This document shows positions 49,001 to 61,205 of a stretch of DNA of 64,000 nucleotides, piece by piece (the first letter of the stretch is position 1; each line of letters begins with the position of its first letter). The DNA is from Botryllus schlosseri. Lineage: Eukaryota. The stretch spans positions 9,920,001-9,984,000 of the forward strand of contig CM119384.1 of NCBI GenBank assembly GCA_051294905.1, written 5' to 3'. A program made the position numbers and the translations under genes. A model generated the notes under the pieces. The model had not been told where the DNA came from and did no database searches. It was given only the letters and a program-made list of their open reading frames with translations.

Positions 49001-52000
49001 GGTGTCCATTCTCGGTAATGTCCATTCTCGGTGGTGTCCGTTCTCGGTAATGGCATTCCCGGCAATGGTTTTCTCGGTATTGACCGGACACCATATCTAC
49101 AGGGATATATTGACAATATATCAAACACATTGACCGATTTGTTTGTCTGTCTACTAATTATGAATTTCTTAAATTTAAAACGCACATTATTCCAAACAAT
49201 CTTATAATTCAACAATCAGTAATATATACAATTGAAGGGTATATGCATATTGAAATGAACCTGAATATTTTCGGCTGACACTCGTCAGGGGCAATCGTCA
49301 GCAACTAGTAGAGAATTGGAAAGAACATTGTATATTAACGATCGTATCACAAGATATTACGTCACCAGCATGAAGTTTCGAGAGAGCGTTCAATGTACTA
49401 TTCTTTAGATCAGTGGTTCTCAACCTTTTTTTAGACACGCCCCCCTTTATGATAATGAAAAATTTCGCGCGCCCCTTATCGTCATATCACAAATCCAACC
49501 GGGATGCTAGCAACCCCAACAGATTGTTTGATGGCATGGAAGGTTATGACTGTTGATGAGAGAATTCAAAAGTATGAAATTCGGTCTATATATCGAGAAA
49601 CACGCATGAATTGGAGGTGAATCAGGCAGAGCACGTAATCTTGTCTTAAGGTTTAGGGACTCGGACCGTATGTCTTCAAAATCACCAAATTTAAGTTACT
49701 GTCACGCTCTCGGCCAATATCACTCGCGAATTATATGCCCTAGTATTGTTTGTGTTATGGAACCGAACCTTGGCTCCTGTTGATTGGCATGCTAATGCTG
49801 ATTTGTTCGCTAATTGCGCCGTTTATTTAGTTGCCGTATATAACTACTAACTCGTGCTGTAAAGATGTCTTTGCTGTAATAACCGTTTATCATGTGTCGC
49901 CATCGTTTCGTGGTGCCACAGGGAGTACAGGCTCTGTATCCTGGCGTGGTGGCAGCGATGGGATTCGAACCCCCCCCCCCCCCATCGAAATGACTGGCGA
50001 CTCAAAACTGCTGGCGATGTATCCGAATCGAAATCTTGAATTGTGCGATACGTTGAATCAAAGAACATAGCAGACATGGCGACGCCCATTTTAAAAGGCA
50101 GTTTTCAAATACACATTGTCTTCCTGGTCTACGGCGCGAACTGAGCTGTTTTGGATGTGACATTCACAATTAAAAACTTGAATTACGAATAACGCTGATA
50201 GCTATCCACGTTCTCCCCGCTCTATGTGTAGTACCCGCGATATGTGTGCGTGTAGCGCAACATTATGTTACCGTCGGATACTTTGAGAATTGAGAAGTAT
50301 TTAGATTTTCAGAATCAGTGTGACAGTTTTATTCGATTAATATCCGTTCTAAGCTACTTACGATAAATTGCGTTATTTATCATTGGTGCACCTGGCCTCT
50401 CGTTTCGAGCTTGATTTTCAAACAATAAATACAGGTTTTTACATAGAAAATGTGTCGCACACGAGGAATCCCATGTAGTGAGTTCGAATTAGTCCTACCA
50501 TGACGTCACGAATTTCCAATTGTGACGTAACAGTTGATTGACATGTATGGCTCTTTGAGAGTTGAGATGGAAAATATTGGGCCAATATGGCTCTTCCGAC
50601 AAAAAAGGTTGCCGACCACTGGCTTAGATGGTACACGAACTCTTTTTTGTTGACACAACCTTGGCTGGTGTATTTGGATAAAAGTCAACTCCAACCCACA
50701 TAAAAGAAAGTGTCAACGGCCCCTCCAAACGACGCGAAATCCATCGTCTCGATAATTTTTTTCGGAAAAGCGGGATTATCCAACAGATGTTTGCCAATGG
50801 CAGAATCTATGGTCTTTGATTGCTCCGCAACAAATTCAAGATCATTAAGTAGAGCAAATATAATCCACAATGATATGCAGTGATCTACGCGAAATTAAAA
50901 TTAGTTTCAAACCACCTGGTTATTCGATAATGAGCAGTATAATCCACTGTGTTCTGCATTCGAATATACTAAACATAATTCTGATGCTCGCTAACAACGC
51001 GTTGAAAGGTTCTTGGCGTTCTTCGAAGCTTATGTAGTCTCAAGTTCAATTTTAGACCCGCTGGTGATTAATTCTATAATACCTAAAACATATTCTATTT
51101 AGATTTCAACGAATGTGGCATGAACGATACATGCGCCCACGTTTGCAGGAATACAATCGGAAGTTACGTGTGCAGTTGTCATGAAGGTTATAAACAGTAC
51201 GCGACCGGACGGTGCGGAGGTCAGTCACGGTACACAACTACCTTACTGCAGATTCACCAAGTTTACAATTGCGTGCTAACAAGTTATTGCCAACGCCTAT
51301 GTTGGAAGTACAAAAGGCCCGCTATAATCTTTATACGTCCCATCGCGTCGCGTCGATTCGTGATGGGACTGGAAACCAGGAGTGAACTTTGCCAGCCCCC
51401 TCCTCCAAACGCCCAGACCCCCTTTCTTATACAGTCATTTCATACCCTTCATACATACGAATCAAAACGCGAAAACTCTTTACGCAGCGTGCTAAGTCCT
51501 GTATCTACTACGCGATTAACGAACAAGTCAATTTCTTCGATGATTTTAGATTACGCACCTGTTTTCTAGTCGCGCCTTGAACTTGAAAAGCCTGGCTACA
51601 GCTAATTAATTACTTTTAGTATGTTGTTATTTCGTGACTTCTGTTATTTCGAAAAACCTCTCTCGTGAGACGCAAGCTATTCCAAATTCGTGTTTCTTCG
51701 CTATTTTCCAATGCGCGCCGCATTTTACCGGCGGACTTCGATTGCGTGCACAGAACTATTCGCCTCCGATCATTTCGGCACCTGGGCATATCAATATCGA
51801 AGGTATATCGGCCAGCATGAGGCGGCCGATTTGGTAAATATTTTATCGCCGTCGATCTTCTTGGTACCTCCCTTTGCCGATTCGCATGTTGGTCGAAACT
51901 TCAGATGCATTCGTGTGTCCTGGGCGGAACTGGGCGGCGCAGAAATGACGGCGTCTAATATAGTACCGCATCAGCAGGATGCACACCCCTAAACTAAATC

Positions 52001-55000
52001 ATCCCACGGCCCCAACGGTTTCAAGCGCTTGGGCAGGAATACGCAGTTCTCTCATAATTACTGATACACTTCGACTCTTTTCTGCAAATTATGAATGCTC
52101 ATAGCAAAATCAAGAAATGTAGTGGCAATAAATCGCGAACAGCGCGAAGTAAAACTTTAAGTTGAAAAACATGACTACCTCCATATTCAGATATCGATGA
52201 ATGCGCGGAAAACAACGGCGGATGCGACCATTTTTGCAAGAACACGGAGGGAAGCCACGAGTGCTCGTGTCGCGAAGGATACTCATTACATTGGAACGGG
52301 AAAGACTGTATTCGTAGGTGGCGCCGAGTAGAAATTTAACGAAAAGTTTGACTCGCCGATTGATGTCTTGCAGGCGCAGATAGGTGTTCCACAATACCAA
52401 GTTTACGACATGGACGACTTATCGCCAAACAGAGGAAGATGTTTCGATTCGAATGTTACCGTCTGCATAATTTCACATTGACGGATTCATCGTTTTTCTA
52501 TTCGTGTGGTGACGATTCCCAGCTCTCAATCAGCAGAACACCATTCTCTTATCCCTGGACAACTCGGTATTCCCATCGCAACACATCGTCATCTTGCGGT
52601 ATGTGCAATATATTAGATATATTTCTGTTTTCATTCATAAGAACGAAAAATTCATGTTCCTCGTTCTATTTATTGCGAATTCCAGAATATAGCTCGGTCT
52701 TGGGCGTTTACATTCACCAGTTCGGTCCCTCATCATACACTTTCACATGAGTGCATGGAGAAACTTCGCGATTAGCTTTGAGGTCCATTGGGTCTTTTAC
52801 CGCATCTTCGGGATTTACTGTCAACTCCCTTTAGCCTATACACTTGTTGGAACGCAGTTGGTCATTTATCTTGGCAGTAGTGGACACACTTTACAATTGA
52901 TGAATTCTGGTGCTTATTCCATCGGATAGCCTCGCCTCGAATAGCCTCGCAATAACGAGAGTGAGGAGCAGGCACTCAAATCACAGGACCGAGTTGGCAT
53001 GAGTAAATGAATTTTTTTACCTTTTGCCAGACGAACATTTAATAATAAAGAAGGAATTCACTATCCCATTGAAGAGATGCTCTGCGTCAATTTCCGGACT
53101 GCAAAATTATGTAATCCGAGGCGGAAGTAAGAAACTGGAACACTAATATCATCTTACGATTATAAATGTTACCGTATTTCGCAGACGTTGAAGAATTGGA
53201 TTTGCTAAGTTTCAGGGTGAGCTGTATAAAAATTAGCGCGAGGGGAAGGGGGAGATCCAGCAGAAGAAAGAAACCGTACACACTACAAGTTCAAATAAGC
53301 GTATTGGCCGAGCCCGGCTGCTGCAGTAAGAATCATATTCAATTGTTGGCACACTACAGTTAGCTTTACGACGGCTTCATAGCTTCGCGATGTTGATGGA
53401 ACGTACGTATATAATGGAGCGTATATACTGCTCTGAATTTAACTGAAAGCGCGTTTGGACAATACGGCAGCAACTTTGTGACCCCCCGCAATCTACAGTA
53501 CTAACAAAACAGATAAATACTGATATGCTATACACAGATTATCACGCGAGTGTTCCGAAGCCAGCTAATAACAGCAAACGGATTTGCAGCCCAAACCCAT
53601 AGCGTCGAGGTTGGGTTCGGGTCCGACCGAGGTCGACTCCTCATAGCCAACCGATCCGCATACGTCTTACAAGGGCCTAGCTAGAATGAAATTGGCCGTA
53701 TGCTATAAGTTTGCAGCCCAGGAATCGTTGTAAATAACATCGGCCAGAGAGTCAGGTAGCACTGTCAACTCATGTATCATTGCTATATCCTATCGCGCAA
53801 AGGAGATGATTAACATCATCCTATCCTATGTAGAAGTCTTGCCAACTCGGTCGAACTCCTACCTTGCTTGTATTCACACTTACTACACATCCAGGAGAAC
53901 CCTTATGACCCTGTTATTGTAGACACCGGTGACGTAAATAGGAATATAATTTAATGGCTTAGTAAGGTTCAATGCATTAATCACAGCAAGATATTGTTTT
54001 GGTATTAATGGTGCTTCGACTGCATCGGTCGTTTACATCAGGCCGATAGTCTTTTTCGTGATTCCGTATTTGCCGACTTGTAGCACGGCGCACGCCCAGA
54101 TTTTTTTTAAAAACACCGCTTTCGCGGATCAAATAGCGATGATCATAACATCACATTCTCTAGGCTAATCTTATATTTAAATACAATGGCCTAATAATAC
54201 GGTCAAAATTATTATGTCGCATTACATCATATTCTCCCTAATTCTTTCGGTTAGACAATGCACAAATGAAACTCAAAACAAACTCAATGAATCACATAAG
54301 TATGTTTTGTTTGTTTGTTTGTTTGTTTTTATTGAATAGTTTTTGGCGCTTATCGCCTATTCGGTCATTTGCGCCCCGATCATGAATATTGTATCGTTCA
54401 GGTGTTTTAACTCTTGGTCCGCTTTTCCGGGTGACTTCCAGTCACGTATGCATCCACCATTTTCACTCTCTCTTCCATACGTTCTCGTCAGTGTCCGTTG
54501 CTGTCGAAATCCGAAGTCTAGACTTCACTTGTTCTATATGGGCTTTTCGTACGACACCGCGTATGCAGTGAGGTAGGCCATGAGGAGCCCAGATGAACCT
54601 CCGACACGTAGAAACTAGGCAGAGCCTGGGCTCGAGCCAGCAACCATTGGTGTCGTGACTGTGTCGCTTAGCCCACTGTAACAAACTGTAAGGAAAATGT
54701 GTATGAGATCACTCGGACACTATCGCCACTAAGGCCACCAGCGGGCTCGATGCTCAATTACAATTCGAACAACTTCTCGTGACACAGTCTTCATATAGTA
54801 ATACGTTTAATACAGTGGTTCCCAACCTTTTTCGTCTCGTGTCGCGAACCCCTTGGCCCTATGAAAAAGGTGCCTGTGACTAAAAGGGGGCTTTTTAACG
54901 CACAACCATTTGTTGATTGAGCAATATATGGCCAACATATTCAGATATGTCCGAACTATGTTGAATGCGGACCGCACTGGACTTCGGTAATGTACAGCTA

Positions 55001-58000
55001 AATTTGACCTGCTTTTTAACCGGTCGGTTAGCCGCTGATGAAAAATAAATCACCAAGTCCGCTTGCTATGGCCTTGAGTTGAATCGATGAATTTGGTATG
55101 TTTTTCACGCTAGCTCATATGTTGGCTTAAAATGGTAAACATTTTCACCAGCGGCCTTGTGCTGAATTCGGCTCGATTTTTTCCTGCTTTGTAGCAATTC
55201 GGTCGAGATGCTGTCACGGGCCCAAAAAAATCGTCTCGCGAGCCTCACTTTATCAGGGGGTGTAATATCCACGGAAAGCAACTAAACATATACCTAGCTT
55301 AAAATCCGCCAAAGAAACATACGATTACAAAGAACTAGTTCCTACTTGACAGTTCTACCATAAAAATCTAGAAACCTTGTGAGCCCAGTGTGTCTTCCGA
55401 TACAACCCTAAATCCGGACTCCCCCTAAAAATTTCAAAATTTACCCAAGGGGGAGTTCCCCCGGTTGGGAAGCACTGGTTTAATACCATACTTAGTTATA
55501 TATGTAGACTGTAGAGTGAAATACGACCACCATATTAGAGGTTATCATTTTACAAAATTGCCAGGTTGCCTGCAACTATGCTGTTTTTGCCGTACTGCCC
55601 TGATGTTTGAAGTGAGTTATCATTCACATAAGACAAAGCAGCCGGAAAGGACTAGAGATAATAATCTAAATTACAAAAGCAAAATTGATTGCGGCGATAC
55701 ACCGACAAAATATTCCATATCGCTATACTTGCCTATCTAATCTATACTACGGTACCGCGTTAAATGGATGATCTCCTTGTGCAGGGAGAACCGCCAAAGG
55801 GAAGTGTAAGAGATCTCGAAGCAAATGCATCAACAAGGTACTGAGCGGGATAAAAAGGATGCGAAAAGGGAAATCTCAGCTACTACTGGGCTTCCCTACT
55901 TTTGAAGTCGAAGTAGGGAAGAAAAACGGGCCAACTATGTTGAAAAGAAAAACTTACAGTAGGCATGCGTTGATGAAGCGATGTCTTTTACGAGCTAATA
56001 CTGCGAATTGATCAACAGCAATGTGCAGTAAAGGAAGCGTATTCGACCCCGAAAGAGGATCGTGCGTCAACTGTTCGCAAGGATACTATCAGGATCGAGT
56101 TGGTCAAATGCAGTGCATAGAGTGCCCCTTACATACAGGGGAACCTGAAAATGAGATCGTCTTCGACAATGTGTATCAATCGTTATTTTCGTGTCCTGGT
56201 AAGATTAAATTCATTCTTCGAAATGTCAATAGCATACAGTGGACGTTACTGCCGATCTGCAATGCGTGACGACAGTAAACAAAAAATATTAATAATGATC
56301 TCACAAATTCCCCGTCACCGCCAACGGTTCGTCGTTATACGGCGGAGGGGTTGTATTTGTACTATTCGAAAATAGAGCGGAATGGAAGACATTGAACAGA
56401 CAGGCAGATGTCGAGGATATGAAATATTGCATTTATCAGTGCACGAAAGCATTCGCATTCGCAATTCCGTAGTAACGACCGCATCTGATGATCTCCATTG
56501 CAAATGCAAGATTGTTGCACATTCAAAATGGAAATACAGCCGATCAAGGATGGAGTCTTAACCGAATCTATAGGCTAAAATAGGAACCCAGAGATTATCA
56601 ACATAAAGTATACTCAAATATACGATACGTCCCGCTTCATGAAACTGTTAGATACTTACTTGTCGGCACAATACCTCTTAAAATACCTTTCGCAGATAAG
56701 CAACAACATTTTGCGGTGATAATTATAGATTATGGCCTAATCATTAGGTTATCATGTTTGGTACATGTATTTCAATCGCAGGATAACTTTGATTCAGGTG
56801 TTTGTATGCCTGGCTATTATTCAAGCACCGGTATGGAGCCTTGTCAACCATGTCCAATCAATACATATCAACCATATCATGGCCGAATCGGATGTTTTCG
56901 GTGTGGAACTGGTTATACAAATATGCGTTTGGCTTCGACTTCTTTCAGCACCTGTTCGGCGCGAGGAACCTGCTCTGCTGGTAAGGGTTGGCACTGGTAA
57001 CGCCCAATTTCTATCAGTTAGGCAATAGCTCAGTGTGTTACGTTTCATAAGTAAATAGTTACGAGTTAATTAGCGAAGGTAATATCACACTAATCACATA
57101 ATTGTCAAAATATTCCGCTCCCTTACATTTTAATCCGCCTCTCCCAAATTATCATCCTGGCTACGCCTATGCTCAAACCCATAATCACATCGGGTAGAAA
57201 TAGCCACACATACGAATGAATGCAGTCTCGAAGCGGAATGTTTCGCGCCATTATGCACACCAATCAAGGAAATGTAGAATCGCAATTTTGACCTATGAAG
57301 CGAATAAAATAGACCGGTATTCTGGTGTTTCAGGTCATTACTACGACGTTCGATTGTCCTCGTGCAAGCGTTGCCCAAAACACTATTACCAAGACAAACG
57401 AGGAATGAACTTCTGCCATCGGTGTCCGGGAGACACAAAAACCGACATGGACGCTTCAACCGCGATAGAAGCGTGCAAAAGTAAAACTTTACTTGCATGT
57501 AATCAGGTAAAACTTGCTGAACTCGACACGGGTTATATCACAGGTCACGACTGCGGTCAGATCACATCGAACATTCAAGGTTACATTCAATCGCCTAATT
57601 ACCCGGGGGATTATCCCATAAACACGGTATGCAGGTGGGAAATCACGCCACCAGACAGGCGAAAACTCCTGCTGGTGATTCCCGAGATGCATTTGCGCGG
57701 TGAAGACGGGTGTGGAGATCGACTTGCAATATTGCGTGTCAAAGGCAAGGAACTGTGTAACTAGATAATTGTAGCATTCTATTTAGACTAATTGGGGCAA
57801 AATGCCGGTAATTTAATTTAAATCTAATTTAAATCTAATTTGTGAAATGTTTCTATGCTCAAATTTTAATTATAATCCAAGTGGTCTTCCAGAAAATACT
57901 ACAGAAGAAATGGATATTGCCAAACGAGCCAAGCTTGGCGTACAGGCATTTGTCATTCTCCTGCGAGAATGACCTCTGAAATGTTTAGCTAAATTCTAGT

Positions 58001-59483
58001 TCTAATCTCTTTTGGAAAAGCGTAAAATATTCTATAATTGTCCAACTCTGGCCCCGATGACCCACATTATACCTATGTCCAGTTATTGTGTCGTTCTTCC
58101 CCTCGCAATAATAACCATTCCAAACTTTTTCAGGCACAAAAATTATTACGACGACCGAATCGTGTCAGAGCTTCTCTGTCCCGAAAATCGAGAATATGCG
58201 AGCGAAAAAGCTAATCATCGAGTTTCGGTCCGATGGTTGGAATAATTCTAAAGGTTTCAAGATTCCATATGTAACATATGATGGTAGGTGGCGATTTATT
58301 ATTACAAAAATGCTAACGTAAACCGACTATGCTCGCGTTTGAATCGTATTTCTTTCGTCCGCACTTGCGCAATTGTAACCTTTCTTGTTGCATCGTCACC
58401 ACGATGTACTCCTAAAGTATCCGACAAGCAGTCATCTGGCAACTGTGATTTCGAGAAGGTTTGGAACCGTAGCGCGAACCTAAACAGTGAGCAATAAACG
58501 TGCTGTCAGAATCTAGCAATCAACTAAACGTTGCAAAGCGCAATCAGTTAATCACCCGTTCAAAAGCGTTCAAGAGCATGAAAAGTACCGGAGATTAGTT
58601 TTAACGCATACGTTTCGCGCTATCAGTTGCCAAGATCTGAGAGAAAGACGTCACCGACGCTGATTGTTTACACATGGAGTCTTGGAATGCTCGATCGATC
58701 TCTTTATCTCTACATCAACTCCAAACTTTTTCGTAATTCCTTGATTTTATTTTGACCTTTTCCACTTTTACATTCACAGAAGACTACGAAGCCGTTATCA
58801 GTGATATCGTTAGCGACAGTCGCCTATTTTCAATCAACTATCATCAAGATATTCTGAAGGTAACAAAAGATTGTCTACTTTGGATACGAAAGATAATAAC
58901 CTATGGAGATAACCTCAAGAACTAATAATTGCAATAGATATATGGGGACGTGTTTCATGTTTTACATAACAATTCCCTTCGTGTGGAATCAGTTTGATAT
59001 ATCTGAACTCCCTGTCTCTGGATGCCCTTGAACTTGAAGTTATAGAAGAAGTACTGGTATTTTCGAGCTAAAAGTGGTACTGTCCGGTCTTGGTTGTAAC
59101 AATTCGTCCCATTGCCATATGAGGCGGCAAAAACGTAAGTAATCCTTTCGCAACACGCATTCTGGATATTTTTTATCGGACTCTGTGTTTTGACATATAT
59201 TGTCCTCGCATTGTCATTTGGAGCTGCAGCGGTCCCATTGCTTTGCAATAATTCGTTTCGATTTACATCTATTGATGAAACCTTAAACCCTATGGTTTAC
59301 TTTCGACTCAGACGCATCTTCCATTTTCAGTCTACGGAGTCACGGCGTACTCTTCTAAACGTTTTGGCGGACCCAAAGAACTATTTCGTCATGCTTAAAC
59401 AGCACTCCTTCGGCTTGTTTCGGAAATCTTTCATAGAATTTTTACAAAATAAGGTTATAACTTTTCTCCATTCTCCATCTTGA
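45975..59483 (+). CDS. SCUBE: SCUBE (signal peptide, EGF, spacer, Cys-rich repeats, CUB), complete, 704 aa
   Basis: Exons 45975-46056, 46895-46933, 47564-47683, 48305-48427, 51103-51219, 52374-52598, 53185-53325, 55785-55958, 56019-56198, 56798-56980, 57334-57480, 57544-57744, 58134-58283, 58780-58859, 59331-59483 sum to 2115 nt in phase; C-terminus matches the SCUBE signature EDY..I.DIV.D.RL. Confidence 0.93.
46895..46933 (+). CDS. SCUBE: SCUBE exon 2, pro-segment ending RVKR
   Basis: tttcag|AT TTA...AGA A|gtaagt; phases fit. Confidence 0.7.
47564..47683 (+). CDS. SCUBE: SCUBE exon 3, EGF
   Basis: [32 protein letters not shown]. Confidence 0.92.
48305..48427 (+). CDS. SCUBE: SCUBE exon 4, Ca-binding EGF
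   Basis: [40 protein letters not shown]. Confidence 0.93.
48669..49085. mobile_element. Foldback MITE built of inverted 16-bp tandem arrays
   Basis: Left (cattaccgagaatgg)n, right (tccattctcggtaatg/tccattctcggtggtg)n. Confidence 0.8.
49259..49292 (-). ncRNA. Minimal hammerhead-ribozyme-like motif (Penelope-type)
   Basis: gccc CTGACGA G tgtcagc C GAA AATATT C aggt; core intact, first helix I pair mismatched. Confidence 0.5.
49411..50621. mobile_element. Composite hAT insertion (with SINE fragment) inside the Penelope relic
   Basis: CAGTGGTTCTCAACC and GGTTGCCGACCACTG ends; flanks CTTTAGAT/GCTTAGAT. Confidence 0.55.
51103..51219 (+). CDS. SCUBE: SCUBE exon 5, Ca-binding EGF
   Basis: [30 protein letters not shown]. 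Confidence 0.93.
52374..52598 (+). CDS. SCUBE: SCUBE exon 6, spacer (four Cys)
   Basis: ttgcag|...G|gtatgt; [23 protein letters not shown]. Confidence 0.8.
53185..53325 (+). CDS. SCUBE: SCUBE exon 7, spacer with basic cluster
   Basis: tcgcag|...A|gtaaga; [19 protein letters not shown]. Confidence 0.8.
54304..54685 (-). mobile_element. tRNA-derived SINE with (AAAC)n tail
   Basis: (GTTT)n on plus strand; core gtgtcggagg/atttatctgggctcctcat shared with 36302-36591. Confidence 0.8.
54813..55477. mobile_element. Buster/Charlie-type hAT MITE
   Basis: CAGTGGTTCCCAACC/GGTTGGGAAGCACTG; perfect TSD GTTTAATA. Confidence 0.9.
55785..55958 (+). CDS. SCUBE: SCUBE exon 8, spacer
   Basis: gtgcag|...A|gtaggc; [14 protein letters not shown] resembles SCUBE LRKAIRTLRK. 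Confidence 0.8.
56019..56198 (+). CDS. SCUBE: SCUBE exon 9, Cys-rich repeat 1
   Basis: [32 protein letters not shown]. Confidence 0.92.
56798..56980 (+). CDS. SCUBE: SCUBE exon 10, Cys-rich repeat 2
   Basis: [33 protein letters not shown]. Confidence 0.93.
57334..57480 (+). CDS. SCUBE: SCUBE exon 11, Cys-rich repeat 3
   Basis: [32 protein letters not shown]. Confidence 0.93.
57544..57744 (+). CDS. SCUBE: SCUBE exon 12, CUB first half
   Basis: CG...[25 protein letters not shown]; donor probably G|gcaagg. Confidence 0.93.
58134..58283 (+). CDS. SCUBE: SCUBE exon 13, CUB second half
   Basis: TESCQSF...[26 protein letters not shown]. Confidence 0.92.
58780..58859 (+). CDS. SCUBE: SCUBE exon 14
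   Basis: [27 protein letters not shown]. Confidence 0.92.
59331..59483 (+). CDS. SCUBE: SCUBE exon 15, terminal
   Basis: [12 protein letters not shown]...[17 protein letters not shown] then TGA; AATAAA at 59512 and 59836. Confidence 0.92.
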   Translation, partial: STESRRTLLNVLADPKNYFVMLKQHSFGLFRKSFIEFLQNKVITFLHSPS

Positions 59484-61205
59484 ACACCACGGATTCGAAG
59501 AAGAAGAAGAAAATAAAACAGATCAGGGATCATGAATCCAAGATGACGAATGAAGCGACTCATAATAACGCACATAAAGCATCGCTGGTGTAGTCACCTG
59601 CGTCGGTTACTGATTCCGTCTGTAACATAATTATGAGACCTGGAAATCAAGCTATGAGCCTGGGACCGATAGGCGAATGTGTTCGGAAAGGTGGCAAGCT
59701 TATCTACTATATGTAGGGCTCATGATAATCAATTATAAGTTGGTGCCTGGAAGCGCGTTCTACGATAGCTACATAAAATTCAGTAAAATGCTTTATGTCG
59801 TTAGCATTGAATTATATTTTTTACCTTTTTATTTGAATAAAAGTCAAACTTCGATATATATATTCATTCACTGTAAAGAATATATTTATCTGCGTGATAG
59901 GTGCGATGCTAACTGCTAAGGGACTATAGAGCGCATGACCACAATGACGGAGTTGCGAACGATCTTAGAGTTTGAACAGATATTTTGCTTCATCGCAGCA
60001 TAATTAGCTTTTGGTATAGTTTGAAAATCCACTGCAGTCGGTAGATTTAGATAAACCTTTCGACTCGTAAAGTTGGAGTTCGGCATCCGTACTCTAGGGC
60101 CACTGAACCTCTCACACTTTAAACTGAAAATTGCACAAAAATAATATCTTCCAAAATGGGGCTTTTGCCTAACCTAGCAGTATGTATAAAACAGCCAACT
60201 TTTGGCTGCAAATACGTTATTACGATGCTAGCAAAACTGGTGTCGCGATGTCAAGGATTGTATGAATTAAAGGCGGTATAAAAACTACTTACGGGCCCCT
60301 GGCTAAGCCGGTGGCGCTTGCGCTGTCTCTGTTCGTTATCGAGCGATCAATTTAGATATTTTCGGCATTTTTAAATATTAATACTCATAGAATGCTTTTA
60401 ATTCAAATATTTACCCATCCTGATTACGGTGGTCGTCGCATATGGTAGGCAAGGCATATAATAGCTTATTCTGGTAACTTAACCGACAGCTATATAACCA
60501 TTTGAAAAGACGGTACAAGGTCTTAACTCCAATTCGCTTGTGATTTGACAATGAGCGCTTCAAAAAAATAAAGTAACAGGAATTAAATCGAATTTATTAA
60601 ACCGCTGGAAAGTCGCGACGCAAAACATATAAAAATCATGAAAAAATCATTTCGAGTCTTCTTTCTCCGAATTGGGGAAAGTGTGGCACAGTAGGCTATG
60701 GTGTTGCTGCTGGAGACATGACGACTTGTATGACTTCATATTAGTGTCAGAAGACATTGAAGAGAACATTATAGTAAATAGGCATATAGGCACAAGCACG
60801 TGATAGAACCAAAATATATCAATCATTGGAATAACTTTACGAACGAAGTCTAGAAAGACCAGGCAGTTTATTTCGGATCGCATGTTCTCAGCGTTGCTTA
60901 TAAGCCGAACCCGGACAATTGCAAAAAATGGTTCATCTGATTGATGACGTCACACTGGAGATTATTACGTCATCACAATCGAGATTGCCTAGACGCCACA
61001 TTTGCCACCCGGGAACATCTACTCTTGTGTCGCAAGCAACATTTTGCAATTCCACATAAATTTCAGCCGGTACAACTGCGGTTACTGATTAACAAATCTG
61101 TGTTTGCCTAAAATGCAGGCCTAATTGGTACTCTATGTAGTTTAAGTTCCCCGATGCCGACATATTCGTATTTCTACTGCAGTGAGTCAATTCCCATCTA
61201 CAAAT

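Larger units (their letters stand above)
49215..51040 (-). mobile_element. Penelope-like element relic split by a hAT insertion
   Basis: [12 protein letters not shown] and [17 protein letters not shown](EFVY after frameshift) resemble the PLE GIY-YIG C-terminus; 3' repeat at 49215-49410. Confidence 0.7.

Noticed and set aside
48791-49215. ORFs with TENGHYRE repeats
   Set aside because: Artefact of the 16-bp foldback array
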